Below, in pieces: positions 28,901 through 42,600 of a stretch of 64,000 nt of DNA. Position 1 is the stretch's first letter, and each line of letters begins with the position of its first letter. Made by a program: the position numbers and the translations under genes. Under the pieces are notes generated by a model that was not told where the DNA came from, did no database searches, and saw only the letters and a program-made list of their open reading frames with translations. The stretch is from Eledone cirrhosa (lineage: Eukaryota). Where the stretch lies: NCBI GenBank assembly GCA_964016885.1, contig OZ024741.1, positions 9,486,001-9,550,000 on the forward strand, read 5' to 3'.

Positions 28901-30222
28901 GAAACTAAAGGTACCACAGTGTTGAAACTAAAGGTACCACAGTGTTGAATCTAAAGGTATCACAGTGTTGAGACTAAAGGTACCACAGTGCTGAAACTAA
29001 AGGTATCACAGTGTTGAAACTAAAGGTACAACGGTGTTGAAACTAAAGGTATCAGAGTGTTGAAACTAAGGGTACCACAGTGTTGAAACTAAAAGTACCA
29101 CAGTGTTGTAACTAAAGGTACCACAGTGTTGAAACTAAAGCTATCAGAGTGTTGAAACTAAAGGTACCACATTGATGTAACTAAATGTACCAGAGTGTTG
29201 AAACTAAAGGTACCACAGTATTGAAATTAAAGTTACCAGAGTGTTGAAACTAAAGGTATCACAGTGTTGAAACTAAAGGTATCACAGTGTTGAAGCTAAA
29301 GGTATCAGAGTGTTGAAACTAAAGGTACCACAGTGATGTATCTAAATGTACCAGAGTGTTGAAACTAAAGGTATCAGATTGTTGAAACTAAAGGTATCAG
29401 ATTGTTGAAACTAAAGGTACCACAGTGATGTAACTAAAAGGTACCACAGTGTTGAAACCAACGGTACCACAGTGTTGTAACTAAAGGTACCACAGTGTTG
29501 TAACTAAAGGTAATAGAGTCTTGAAACTAAAGGTAATAGAGTCTTGAAACTAAAGGTTCCACAGTGTTGAAACTAAAGGTACCACTGTGTTGAAACTAAA
29601 GGTACCACAGTGTTGAAATTAAAGGTACCACAGTGTTGAAACTAAAGGTAATAGAGTGTTGTAACTAAATGTACCACAGTGTTGAAACTAAAGGTATCAG
29701 TGCGTTGAAACAAAATCTACCACAATGATGTAACTAAGTGTACCAGAGTCTTGAAACTAAGGGTACCACAATGATGAAATTAAATGTACCAGAGTGCTGA
29801 AACTAAAGGTACAACAGTGTTGAAATTAAAGGTACCACAGTGTTGAAACTAAAGGTATCAGAGCGTTCAAACAAAATCTACCACAATGATGTAACTAAGT
29901 GTACCAGAGTCTTGAAACTAAGTGTACCACAGTGATGAAACTAATGGTATAACAGTGTTGAAACTAAAGGTACAACAGTGTTGAAATTAAAGGTACCACA
30001 GTGTTGAAACTAAAGGTATCACATTGTTGAAACTAAAGGTACCACAGTGTTGAAACTAAAGGTACCACAGTGTTGAAACTAAAGGTATAACAGTGTTGAA
30101 ACTAAAGGTACCACAGTGATCTAACTAAAGGTACCAGAGTGTTGAAACTAAAGGTACCATGGTGTTGTAACTAAAGATACCACAGTGTTGTAATTAAAGG
30201 TACCGCAGTGTTGAAACTAAAG
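19950..30222. repeat. Copy 2 of the 8,595-bp duplication, expanded by a nested 1,678-bp duplication
   Basis: Offset is 8595 up to about 28295, then 10273 (8595+1678), e.g. CTAATGGTATAAC 19668/29941 and TTAAAGGTACCGCAG 19921/30194. Confidence 0.9.
26629..29973. repeat. Nested 1,678-bp tandem duplication (about 26629-28306 and about 28307-29973)
   Basis: CTAAAGTTACC 26631/28309 and CCACACTGTTGAAACGAATG 27123/28801 share offset 1678. Confidence 0.9.
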
Positions 30223-33200
30223 GTACCACAGTGTCGAAACTAAAGGTACGACAGTGTTGAAACTAAAGATACCACAGTGTTGAAACTAAAGATATCACAG
30301 TGTTGAAACTAAAGGTACCACAGTGATGTAACTAAAGGTACCACAACGTTGTAACTAAATGTACCAGAGTGTTCAAACTAAATGTATCATAGTGTTGAAA
30401 CTAAAGGTACCTCAGTGTTGAAACTAAAGGTACCACAGTGTTGAAACTAAAGGTATCACAGTATTGAAACTAAAGTACCACAGTGTTGAAACTAAAGGTA
30501 TCACAGTTTTGAAACTAAAGTACCGCAGTGTTGAAACTAAAGTACCAGAGTGTTGAAACTAAAGGTACCACAGTGTTGAAACTAAAGGTACCACAGTGTT
30601 GAAACGAAAGGTACCACAGTGTTGAAACTAAAGGTATCAGAGTGTTGAAACTAAAGGTACCACAGTGATGTATCTAAATGTACCAGAGTGTTGAAACTAA
30701 AGGTATCAGATTGTTGAAACTAAAGGTACCACAGTGATGTAACTAAAGGTACCACAGTCTTGAAACCAACGGTACCACAGTGTTGTAACTAAAGGTACCA
30801 CAGCGTTGTAACTAAAGGTAATAGAGTGTTGAAACTAAAGGTTCCACAGTGTTGAAACTAAAGGTACCACTGTGTTGAAACTAAAGGTACCACAGTGTTG
30901 AAATTAAAGGCGCCACAGTGTTGAAACTAAATGTAATAGGGTGTTGTAACTAAAGGTACCACAGTGTTGAAACTAACGGTATCAGAGCGTTGAAACAAAA
31001 TCTACCACAATGATGTAACTAAGTGTACCAGAGTCTTGAAACTAAGGGTAGCACAGTGATGAAACTAAAGGTATCACAGTGTTGAAACTAAAGGTACCAC
31101 AGTGTTGAAACTAAAGGTACCACAGTGTTGAAACTAAAGGTATAACAGTGTTGAAACTAAAGGTACCACAGTGATCTAACTAAAGGTACCACAGTGTTGA
31201 AACTAAAGGTACCATGGTGTTGTAACTAAAGATACCACAGTGTTGTAATTAAAGGTACCGCAGTGTTGAAACTAAAGGTACCACAGTGTCGAAACTAAAG
31301 GTACGACAGTGTTGAAACTAAAGGTACCACAGTGTTGAAACTAAAGATATCACAGTGTTGAAACTAAAGGTACCACAGTGATGTAACTAAAGGTACCACA
31401 ACGTTGTAACTAAATGTACCAGAGTGTTCAAACTAAATGTATCATAGTGTTGAAACTAAAGGTACCTCAGTGTTGAAACTAAAGGTACCACAGTGTTGAA
31501 ACTAAAGGTATCACAGTGTTTAAACTAAACTACCACAGTGTTGAAACTAAAGCTACCACAGTATTGAAACTAAAGTACCACAGTGTTGAAACTAAAGGTA
31601 TCACAGTTTTGAAACTAAAGGTACCACGGTGGTGAACCTAAAGGTTCCACAGTGATGTAACTGAAGGTACCACAGTGTTGAAACTAAAGTACCAGAGTGT
31701 TGAAACTAAAGGTACCACAGTGTTGAAACTAAAGGTACCACAGTGTTGAAACTAAAGGTACCACGGTGGTGAACCTAAAAGTTCCACAGTGATGTAACTG
31801 AAGGTACCACAGTGTTGAAACCAACGGTACCACAGTGTTGTAACTAAAGGTACCACAGTGTTGTAACTAAAGGTAATAGAGTGTTGAAACTAAAGGTTCC
31901 ACAGTGTTGAAACTCAAGGTACCACTGTGTTGAAACTAAAGGTACCACAGTGTTGAAATTAAAGGTACCACAGTGTTGAAACTAAATGTAATAGAGTGTT
32001 GTAACTAAAGGGACCACAGTGTTGAAACTAAAGGTATCAGAGCGTTGAAACGAAATCTACCACAATGATGTAACTAAGTGTACCAGAGTCTTGAAACTAA
32101 GGGTAGCACAGTGATGAAACTAAAGGTATCACAGTGTTGAAACTAAAGGTACCACAGTGTTGAAACTAAAGGTACCACAGTGTTGAAACTAAAGGTATAA
32201 CAGTGTTGAAACTAAAGGTATAACAGTGTTGAAACTAAAGGTACCACAGTGATCTAACTAAAGGTACCACAGTGTTGAAACTAAAGGTATCACAGTGTTG
32301 AAACTAAAGCTACCACAGTATTGAAACTAAAGTACCACAGTGTTGAAACTAAAGGTATCACAGTTTTGAAACTAAAGTACCACAGTGTTGAAACTAAAGT
32401 ACCAAAGTGTTGAAACTAAAGGTACCACAGTGTTGAAACTAAAGGTACCACAGTGTTGAAACTAAAGGTATCAGAGTGTTGAAACTAAAGGTACCACAGT
32501 GTTGAAACTAAAGGTACCACGGTGGTGAACCTAAAGGTTCCACAGTGATGTAACTGAAGGTACCACAGTGTTGAATCTAAAGGTATCAGAGTGTTGAAAC
32601 TAAAGGTACCAGAGTGATGTAACTAAATGTACAACAGTGTTAAAACTAAATGTACCACAATGTTGTAACTAAAGGTACCACAGTGTTACACCTAAAGGTA
32701 CCATAGTGCTGAAACTAAAGGTATCAGAATGTTGTAACTAAAGTTACCACAGTGTTGAAATTAAAGATGTCACAGTGTTGAAACTAAAGGTACCACAGTG
32801 TTGAAACTAAAGGTGCCACAGTATTGTAACTAAAGGTACCACAGTGTTGTAACTAAGTGTACAATAGTGTTGAAACTAATGGTACCACAGTGTTGTAACT
32901 AAAGGTACGACAGTGTTCAAACTAAAGGTACCACAATGTTGTAACTAAATGTACCACAGTTTTGAAACTAACGCTATCAGAATGTTGAAACTAAAGATAC
33001 CACAGTGTTGAAACTAAAGGTATCAGAGTGTTGAAACTAAAGGTACCACAGTCTTGAAACTAAAGGTACCACAGTCTTGGAACTAAAGGTATCAGAGTGT
33101 TGAAACTAAAGGTACCACGGTGGTGAAACTAAAGGTACCACAGTGTTGTAACTAAAGGTACCACAGTGTTGTAACTAATGGTACCACAGTGTTGTAACTA

Positions 33201-33637
33201 AAGATACCACAGTGTTGAAACTGAAGGTACCACAGTGTTGAAACGAATGATACCACAGTGTTGAAGCTAAAGGTACCACAGTGTTGAATCTAAAGGTATC
33301 ACAGTGTTGAGACTAAAGGTACCACAGTACTGAAACTAAAGGTACCACAGTGTTGAAACTAAAGGTATCAGAAGGGTGTTGAAACTAAAGGTATCAGAGT
33401 GTTGAAACTAAGGGTACCACAGTGTTGAAACTAAAAGTACCACAGTGTTGTAACTAAAGGTACTACAGTGTTGAAACTAAAGCTATCAGAGTGTTGAAAC
33501 TAAAGGTACCACATTGATGTAACTAAATGTACCAGAGTGTTGAGACTAAAGGTACCACAGTATTGAAATTAAAGTTACCAGAGTGTTGAAACTAAAGGTA
33601 TCACAGTGTTGAAACTAAAGGTATCACAGTGTTGAAG

Positions 33638-36600
33638 CTAAAGGTATCAGAGTGTTGAAACTAAAGGTACCACAGTGTTGACACGAAAGGTACCACAGTG
33701 TTGAAACTAAAGGTATCAGATTGTTGAAACTAAAGGTATCAGATTGTTGAAACTAAAGGTACCACAGTGATGTAACTAAAAGGTACCACAGTGTTGAAAC
33801 CAACGGTACCACAGTGTTGTAACTAAAGGTACCACAGTGTTGTAACTAAAGGTAATAGAGTCTTGAAACTAAAGGTAATAGAGTCTTGAAACTAAAGGTT
33901 CCACAGTGTTGAAACTAAAGGTACCACTGTGTTGAAACTAAAGGTACCACAGTGTTGAAATTAAAGGTACCACAGTGTTGAAACTAAAGGTAATAGAGTG
34001 TTGTAACTAAATGTACCACAGTGTTGAAACTAAAGGTATCAGTGCGTTGAAACAAAATCTACCACAATGATGTAACTAAGTGTACCAGAGTCTTGAAACT
34101 AAGGGTACCACAATGATGAAATTAAATATACCAGAGTGCTGAAACTAAAGGTACAACAGTGTTGAAATTAAAGGTACCACAGTGTTGAAACTAAAGGTAT
34201 CAGAGCGTTCAAACAAAATCTACCACAATGATGTAACTAAGTGTACCAGAGTCTTGAAACTAAGTGTACCACAGTGATGAAACTAATGGTATAACAGTGT
34301 TGAAACTAAAGGTACAACAGTGTTGAAATTAAAGGTACCACAGTGTTGAAACTAAAGGTATCACATTGTTGAAACTAAAGGTACCACAGTGTTGAAACTA
34401 AAGGTACCACAGTGTTGAAACTAAAGGTATAACAGTGTTGAAACTAAAGGTACCACAGTGATCTAACTAAAGGTACCAGAGTGTTGAAACTAAAGGTACC
34501 ATGGTGTTGTAACTAAAGATACCACAGTGTTGTAATTAAATGTACCGCAGTGTTGTAACTAAAGGTAATAGAGTGTTGAAACTAAAGGTTCCACAGTGTT
34601 GAAACTCAAGGTACCACTGTGTTGAAACTAAAGGTACCACAGTGTTGAAATTAAAGGTACCACAGTGTTGAAACTAAATGTAATAGAGTGTTGTAACTAA
34701 AAGTACCACAGTGTTGAAACTAAAGGTATCAGAGCGTTGAAACGAAATCTACCATAATGATGTAACTAAGTGTACCAGAGTCTTGAAACCAACGGTACCA
34801 CAGTGTTGTAACTAAAGGTACCACAGTGTTGTAACTAAATGTAATAGAGTGTTGAAACTAAAGGTTCCACAGTGTTGAAACTCAAGGTACCACTGTGTTG
34901 AAACTAAAGGTACCACAGTGTTGAAATTAAAGGTACCACAGTGTTGAAACTAAATGTAATAGAGTGTTGTAACTAAAGGTACCACAGTGTTGAAACTAAA
35001 GGTATCAGAGCGTTGAAACGAAATCTACCACAATGATGTAACTAAGTGTACCAGAGTCTTGAAACTAAGGGTAGCACAGTGATGAAACTAAAGGTATCAC
35101 AGTGTTGAAACTAAAGGTACCACAGTGTTGAAACTAAAGGTACCACAGTGTTGAAACTAAAGGCATAACAGTGTTGAAACTAAAGGTATAACAGTGTTGA
35201 AACTAAAGGTACCACAGTGATCTAACTAAAGGTACCACAGTGTTGAAACTAAAGGTATCACAGTGTTGAAACTAAAGCTACCACAGTATTGAAACTAAAG
35301 TACCACAGTGTTGAAACTAAAGGTATCACAGTTTTGAAACTAAAGTACCACAGTGTTGAAACTAAAGTACCAAAGTGTTGAAACTAAAGGTACCACAGTG
35401 TTGAAACTAAAGGTACCACAGTGTTGAAACTAAAGGTATCAGAGTGTTGAAACTAAAGGTACCACAGTGTTGAAACTAAAGGTACCACGGTGGTGAACCT
35501 AAAGGTTCCACAGTGATGTAACTGAAGGTACCACAGTGTTGAATCTAAAGGTATCAGAGTGTTGAAACTAAAGGTACCAGAGTGATGTAACTAAATGTAC
35601 AACAGTGTTAAAACTAAATGTACCACAATGTTGTAACTAAAGGTACCACAGTGTTACACCTAAAGGTACCATAGTGCTGAAACTAAAGGTATCAGAATGT
35701 TGTAACTAAAGTTACCACAGTGTTGAAATTAAAGATGTCACAGTGTTGAAACTAAAGGTACCACAGTGTTGAAACTAAAGGTGCCACAGTATTGTAACTA
35801 AAGGTACCACAGTGTTGTAACTAAGTGTACAATAGTGTTGAAACTAATGGTACCACAGTGTTGTAACTAAAGGTACGACAGTGTTCAAACTAAAGGTACC
35901 ACAATGTTGTAACTAAATGTACCACAGTTTTGAAACTAACGCTATCAGAATGTTGAAACTAAAGGTACCACAGTGTTGAAACTAAAGGTATCAGAGTGTT
36001 GAAACTAAAGGTACCACAGTGTTGACACGAAAGGTACCACAGTGTTGAAACTAAAGGTATCAGATTGTTGAAACTAAAGGTATCAGATTGTTGAAACTAA
36101 AGGTACCACAGTGATGTAACTAAAAGGTACCACAGTGTTGAAACCAACGGTACCACAGTGTTGTAACTAAAGGTACCACAGTGTTGTAACTAAAGGTAAT
36201 AGAGTCTTGAAACTAAAGGTAATAGAGTCTTGAAACTAAAGGTTCCACAGTGTTGAAACTAAAGGTACCACTGTGTTGAAACTAAAGGTACCACAGTGTT
36301 GAAATTAAAGGTACCACAGTGTTGAAACTAAAGGTAATAGAGTGTTGTAACTAAATGTACCACAGTGTTGAAACTAAAGGTATCAGTGCGTTGAAACAAA
36401 ATCTACCACAATGATGTAACTAAGTGTACCAGAGTCTTGAAACTAAGGGTACCACAATGATGAAATTAAATATACCAGAGTGCTGAAACTAAAGGTACAA
36501 CAGTGTTGAAATTAAAGGTACCACAGTGTTGAAACTAAAGGTATCAGAGCGTTCAAACAAAATCTACCACAATGATGTAACTAAGTGTACCAGAGTCTTG

Positions 36601-38270
36601 AAACTAAGTGTACCACAGTGATGAAACTAATGGTATAACAGTGTTGAAACTAAAGGTACAACAGTGTTGAAATTAAAGGTACCACAGTGTTGAAACTAAA
36701 GGTATCACATTGTTGAAACTAAAGGTACCACAGTGTTGAAACTAAAGGTACCACAGTGTTGAAACTAAAGGTATAACAGTGTTGAAACTAAAGGTACCAC
36801 AGTGATCTAACTAAAGGTACCAGAGTGTTGAAACTAAAGGTACCATGGTGTTGTAACTAAAGATACCACAGTGTTGTAATTAAAGGTACCGCAGTGTTGT
36901 AACTAAAGGTAATAGAGTGTTGAAACTAAAGGTTCCACAGTGTTGAAACTCAAGGTACCACTGTGTTGAAACTAAAGGTACCACAGTGTTGAAATTAAAG
37001 GTACCACAGTGTTGAAACTAAATGTAATAGAGTGTTGTAACTAAAAGTACCACAGTGTTGAAACTAAAGGTATCAGAGCGTTGAAACGAAATCTACCACA
37101 ATGATGTAACTAAGTGTACCAGAGTCTTGAAACCAACGGTACCACAGTGTTGTAACTAAAGGTACCACAGTGTTGTAACTAAATGTAATAGAGTGTTGAA
37201 ACTAAAGGTTCCACAGTGTTGAAACTCAAGGTACCACTGTGTTGAAACTAAAGGTACCACAGTGTTGAAATTAAAGGTACCACAGTGTTGAAACTAAATG
37301 TAATAGAGTGTTGTAACTAAAGGTACCACAGTGTTGAAACTAAAGGTATCAGAGCGTTGAAACGAAATCTACCACAATGATGTAACTAAGTGTACCAGAG
37401 TCTTGAAACTAAGGGTAGCACAGTGATGAAACTAAAGGTATCACAGTGTTGAAACTAAAGGTACCACAGTGTTGAAACTAAAGGTACCACAGTGTTGAAA
37501 CTAAAGGTATAACAGTGTTGAAACTAAAGGTATAACAGTGTTGAAACTAAAGGTACCACAGTGATCTAACTAAAGGTACCACAGTGTTGAAACTAAAGGT
37601 ATCACAGTGTTGAAACTAAAGCTACCACAGTATTGAAACTAAAGTACCACAGTGTTGAAACTAAAGGTACCACAGTGTTGAAACTAAAGGTACCACAGTG
37701 TTGAAACTAAAGGTATCAGAGTGTTGAAACTAAAGGTACCACAGTGTTGAAACTAAAGGTACCACGGTGGTGAACCTAAAGGTTCCACAGTGATGTAACT
37801 GAAGGTACCACAGTGTTGAATCTAAAGGTATCAGAGTGTTGAAACTAAAGGTACCAGAGTGATGTAACTAAATGTACAACAGTGTTAAAACTAAATGTAC
37901 CACAATGTTGTAACTAAAGGTACCACAGTGTTACACCTAAAGGTACCATAGTGCTGAAACTAAAGGTATCAGAATGTTGTAACTAAAGTTACCACAGTGT
38001 TGAAATTAAAGATGTCACAGTGTTGAAACTAAAGGTACCACAGTGTTGAAACTAAAGGTGCCACAGTATTGTAACTAAAGGTACAACAGTGTTGTAACTA
38101 AGTGTACAATAGTGTTGAAACTAATGGTACCACAGTGTTGTAACTAAAGGTACGACAGTGTTCAAACTAAAGGTACCACAATGTTGTAACTAAATGTACC
38201 ACAGTTTTGAAACTAACGCTATCAGAATGTTGAAACTAAAGGTACCACAGTGTTGAAACTAAAGGTATCA
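33638..38270. repeat. Tandem duplication of about 2,344 bp; each copy contains an internal 276-bp (12-monomer) duplication
   Basis: ACACGAAAGG 33681/36025 and ATTAAATATACC 34121/36465 share offset 2344. Internal CTCAAGG recurs at 34605/34881. Confidence 0.85.
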
Positions 38271-41200
38271 GAGTGTTGAAACTAAAGGTACCACAGTCTT
38301 GAAACTAAAGGTACCACAGTCTTGGAACTAAAGGTATCAGAGTGTTGAAACTAAAGGTACCACGGTGGTGAAACTAAAGGTACCACAGTGTTGTAACTAA
38401 AGGTACCACAGTGTTGTAACTAATGGTACCACAGTGTTGTAACTAAAGATACCACAGTGTTGAAACTGAAGGTACCACAGTGTTGAATCTATAGGTATCA
38501 CAGTGTTGAGACTAAAGGTACCACAGTACTGAAACTAAAGGTACCACAGTGTTGAAACTAAATGTATCAGAAGGGTGTTGAAACTAAAGGTATCAGAGTG
38601 TTGAAACTAAGGGTACCACAGTGTTGAAACTAAAAGTACCACAGTGTTGTAACTAAAGGTACCACAGTGTTGAAACTAAAGCTATCAGAGTGTTGAAACT
38701 AAAGGTACCACATTGATGTAACTAAATGTACCAGAGTGTTGAAACTAAAGGTACCACAGTATTGAAATTAAAGTTACCAGAGTGTTGAAACTAAAGGTAT
38801 CACAGTGTTGAAACTAAAGGTATCACAGTGTTGAAGCTAAAGGTATCAGAGTGTTGAAACTAAAGGTACCACAGTGATGTATCTAAATGTACCAGAGTGT
38901 TGAAACTAAAGGTATCAGATTGTTGAAACTAAAGGTATCAGATTGTTGAAACTAAAGGTACCACAGTTATGTAACTAAAAGGTACCACAGTGTTGAAACC
39001 AACGGTACCACAGTGTTGTAACTAAAGGTACCACAGTGTAGTAACTAAAGGTAATAGAGTCTTGAAACTAAAGGTAATAGAGTCTTGAAACTAAAGGTTC
39101 CACAGTGTTGAAACTAAAGGTACCACTGTGTTGAAACTAAAGGTACCACAGTGTTGAAATTAAAGGTACCACAGTGTTGAAACTAAAGGTAATAGAGTGT
39201 TGTAACTAAATGTACCACAGTGTTGAAACTAAAGGTATCAGTGCGTTGAAACAAAATCTACCACAATGATGTAACTAAGTGTGCCAGAGTCTTGAAACTA
39301 AGGGTACCACAATAATGAAATTAAATGTACCAGAGTGCTGAAACTAAAGGTACAACAGTGTTGAAATTAAAGGTACCACAGTGTTGAAACTAAAGGTATC
39401 AGAGCGTTCAAACAAAATCTACCACAATGATGTAACTAAGTGTACCAGAGTCTGGAAACTAAGTGTACCACAGTGATGAAACTAATGGTATAACAGTGTT
39501 GAAACTAAAGGCACAACAGTGTTGAAATTAAAGGTACCACAGTGTTGAAACTAAAGGTATCACATTGTTGAAACTAAAGGTACCACAGTGTTGAAACTAA
39601 AGGTACCACAGTGTTGAAACTAAAGGTATAACAGTGTTGAAACTAAAGGTACCACAGTGATCTAACTAAAGGTACCAGAGTGTTGAAACTAAAGGTACCA
39701 TGGTGTTGTAACTAAAGATACCACAGTGTTGTAATTAAAGGTACCGCAGTGTTGAAACTAAAGGTACCACAGTGTTGAAACTAAAGGTACCACAGTGTTA
39801 AAACTAAAGGTACCACGGTGGTGAACCTAAAAGTTCCACAGTGATGTAACTGAATGTACCACAGTGTTGAAACCAACGGTACCACAGTGTTGTAACTAAA
39901 GGTACCACAGTGTTGTAACTAAAGGTAATAGAGTGTTGAAACTAAAGGTTCCACAGTGTTGAAACTCAAGGTACCACAGTGTTGAAACTAAAGGTACCAC
40001 AGTGTTGAAATTAAAGGTACCACAGTGTTGAAACTAAATGTAATAGAGTGTTGTAACTAAAGGTACCACAGTGTTGAAACTAAAGGTATCAGAGCGTTGA
40101 AACGAAATCTACCACAATGATGTAACTAAGTGTACCAGAGTCTTGAAACTAAGGGTAGCACAGTGATGAAACTAAAGGTATCACAGTGTTGAAACTAAAG
40201 GTACCACAGTGTTGAAACTAAAGGTACCACAGTGTTGAAACTAAAGGTATAACAGTGTTGAAACTAAAGGTATAACAGTGTTGAAACTAAAGGTACCACA
40301 GTGATCTAACTAAAGGTACCACAGTGTTGAAACTAAAGGTATCACAGTGTTGAAACTAAAGCTACCACAGTATTGAAACTAAAGTACCACAGTGTTGAAA
40401 CTAAAGGTATCACAGTTTTGAAACTAAAGTACCACAGTGTTGAAACTAAAGTACCAAAGTGTTGAAACTAAAGGTACCACAGTGTTGAAACTAAAGGTAT
40501 CAGAGTGTTGAAACTAAAGGTACCACAGTGTTGAAACTAAAGGTACCACGGTGGTGAACCTAAAGGTTCCACAGTGATGTAACTGAAGGTACCACAGTGT
40601 TGAATCTAAAGGTATCAGAGTGTTGAAACTAAAGGTACCAGAGTGATGTAACTAAATGTACAACAGTGTTAAAACTAAATGTACCACAATGTTGTAACTA
40701 AAGGTACCACAGTGTTACACCTAAAGGTACCATAGTGCTGAAACTAAAGGTATCAGAATGTTGTAACTAAAGTTACCACAGTGTTGAAATTAAAGTTACC
40801 ACAGTGTTGAAATTAAAGATGTCACAGTGTTGAAACTAAAGGTACCACAGTGTTGAAACTAAAGGTGCCACAGTATTGTAACTAAAGGTACCACAGTGTT
40901 GTAACTAAGTGTACAATAGTGTTGAAACTAATGGTACCACAGTGTTGTAACTAAAGGTACGACAGTGTTCAAACTAAAGGTACCACAATGTTGTAACTAA
41001 ATGTACCACAGTTTTGAAACTAACGCTATCAGAATGTTGAAACTAAAGGTACCACAGTGTTGAAACTAAAGGTATCAGAGTGTTGAAACTAAAGGTACCA
41101 CAGTCTTGAAACTAAAGGTACCACAGTCTTGGAACTAAAGGTATCAGAGTGTTGAAACTAAAGGTACCACGGTGGTGAAACTAAAGGTACCACAGTGTTG

Positions 41201-42600
41201 TAACTAATGGTACCACAGTGTTGTAACTAAAGATACCACAGTGTTGAAACTGAAGGTACCACAGTGTTGAAACGAATGATACCACAGTGTTGAAGCTAAA
41301 GGTACCACAGTGTTGAATCTAAAGGTATCACAGTGTTGAGACTAAAGGTACCACAGTGCTGAAACTAAAGGTACCACAGTGTTGAAACTAAAGGTATCAG
41401 AAGGGGGTTGAAACTAAAGGTATCAGAGTGTTGAAACTAAGGGTACCACAGTGTTGAAACTAAAAGTACCACAGTGTTGTAACTAAAGGTACCACAGTGT
41501 TGAAACTAAAGCTATCAGAGTGTTGAAACTAAAGGTACCACATTGATGTAACTAAATGTACCAGAGTGTTGAAACTAAAGGTACCACAGTATTGAAATTA
41601 AAGTTACCAGAGTGTTGAAACTAAAGGTATCACAGTGTTGAAACTAAAGGTATCACAGTGTTGAAGCTAAAGGTATCAGAGTGTTGAAACTAAAGGTACC
41701 ACAGTGATGTATCTAAATGTACCAGAGTGTTGAAACTAAAGGTATCAGATTGTTGAAACTAAAGGTATCAGATTGTTGAAACTAAAGGTACCACAGTGAT
41801 GTAACTAAAAGGTACCACAGTGTTGAAACCAACGGTACCACAGTGTTGTAACTAAAGGTACCACAGTGTTGTAACTAAAGGTAATAGAGTCTTGAAACTA
41901 AAGGTAATAGAGTCTTGAAACTAAAGGTTCCACAGTGTTGAAACTAAAGGTACCACTGTGTTGAAACTAAAGGTACCACAGTGTTGAAATTAAAGGTACC
42001 ACAGTGTTGAAACTAAAGGTAATAGAGTGTTGTAACTAAATGTACCACAGTGTTGAAACTAAAGGTATCAGTGCGTTGAAACAAAATCTACCACAATGAT
42101 GTAACTAAGTGTACCAGAGTCTTGAAACTAAGTGTACCACAATGATGAAATTAAATGTACCAGAGTGCTGAAACTAAAGGTACAACAGTGTTGAAATTAA
42201 AGGTACCACAGTGTTGAAACTAAAGGTATCAGAGCGTTCAAACAAAATCTACCACAATGATGTAACTAAGTGTACCAGAGTCTTGAAACTAAGTGTACCA
42301 CAGTGATGAAACTAATGGTATAACAGTGTTGAAACTAAAGGTACAACAGTGTTGAAATTAAAGGTACCACAGTGTTGAAACTAAAGGTATCACATTGTTG
42401 AAACTAAAGGTACCACAGTGTTGAAACTAAAGGTACCACAGTGTTGAAACTAAAGGTATAACAGTGTTGAAACTAAAGGTACCACAGTGATCTAACTAAA
42501 GGTACCAGAGTGTTGAAACTAAAGGTACCATGGTGTTGTAACTAAAGATACCACAGTGTTGTAATTAAAGGTACCGCAGTGTTGAAACTAAAGGTACCAC
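37140..42600. repeat. Duplication with a period of about 2.7-2.83 kb
   Basis: The 26-bp monomer AAGGG at 38571/41401 and AGAGCGTTCAAAC at 39401/42231 share offset 2830. Boundaries are approximate. Confidence 0.7.
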
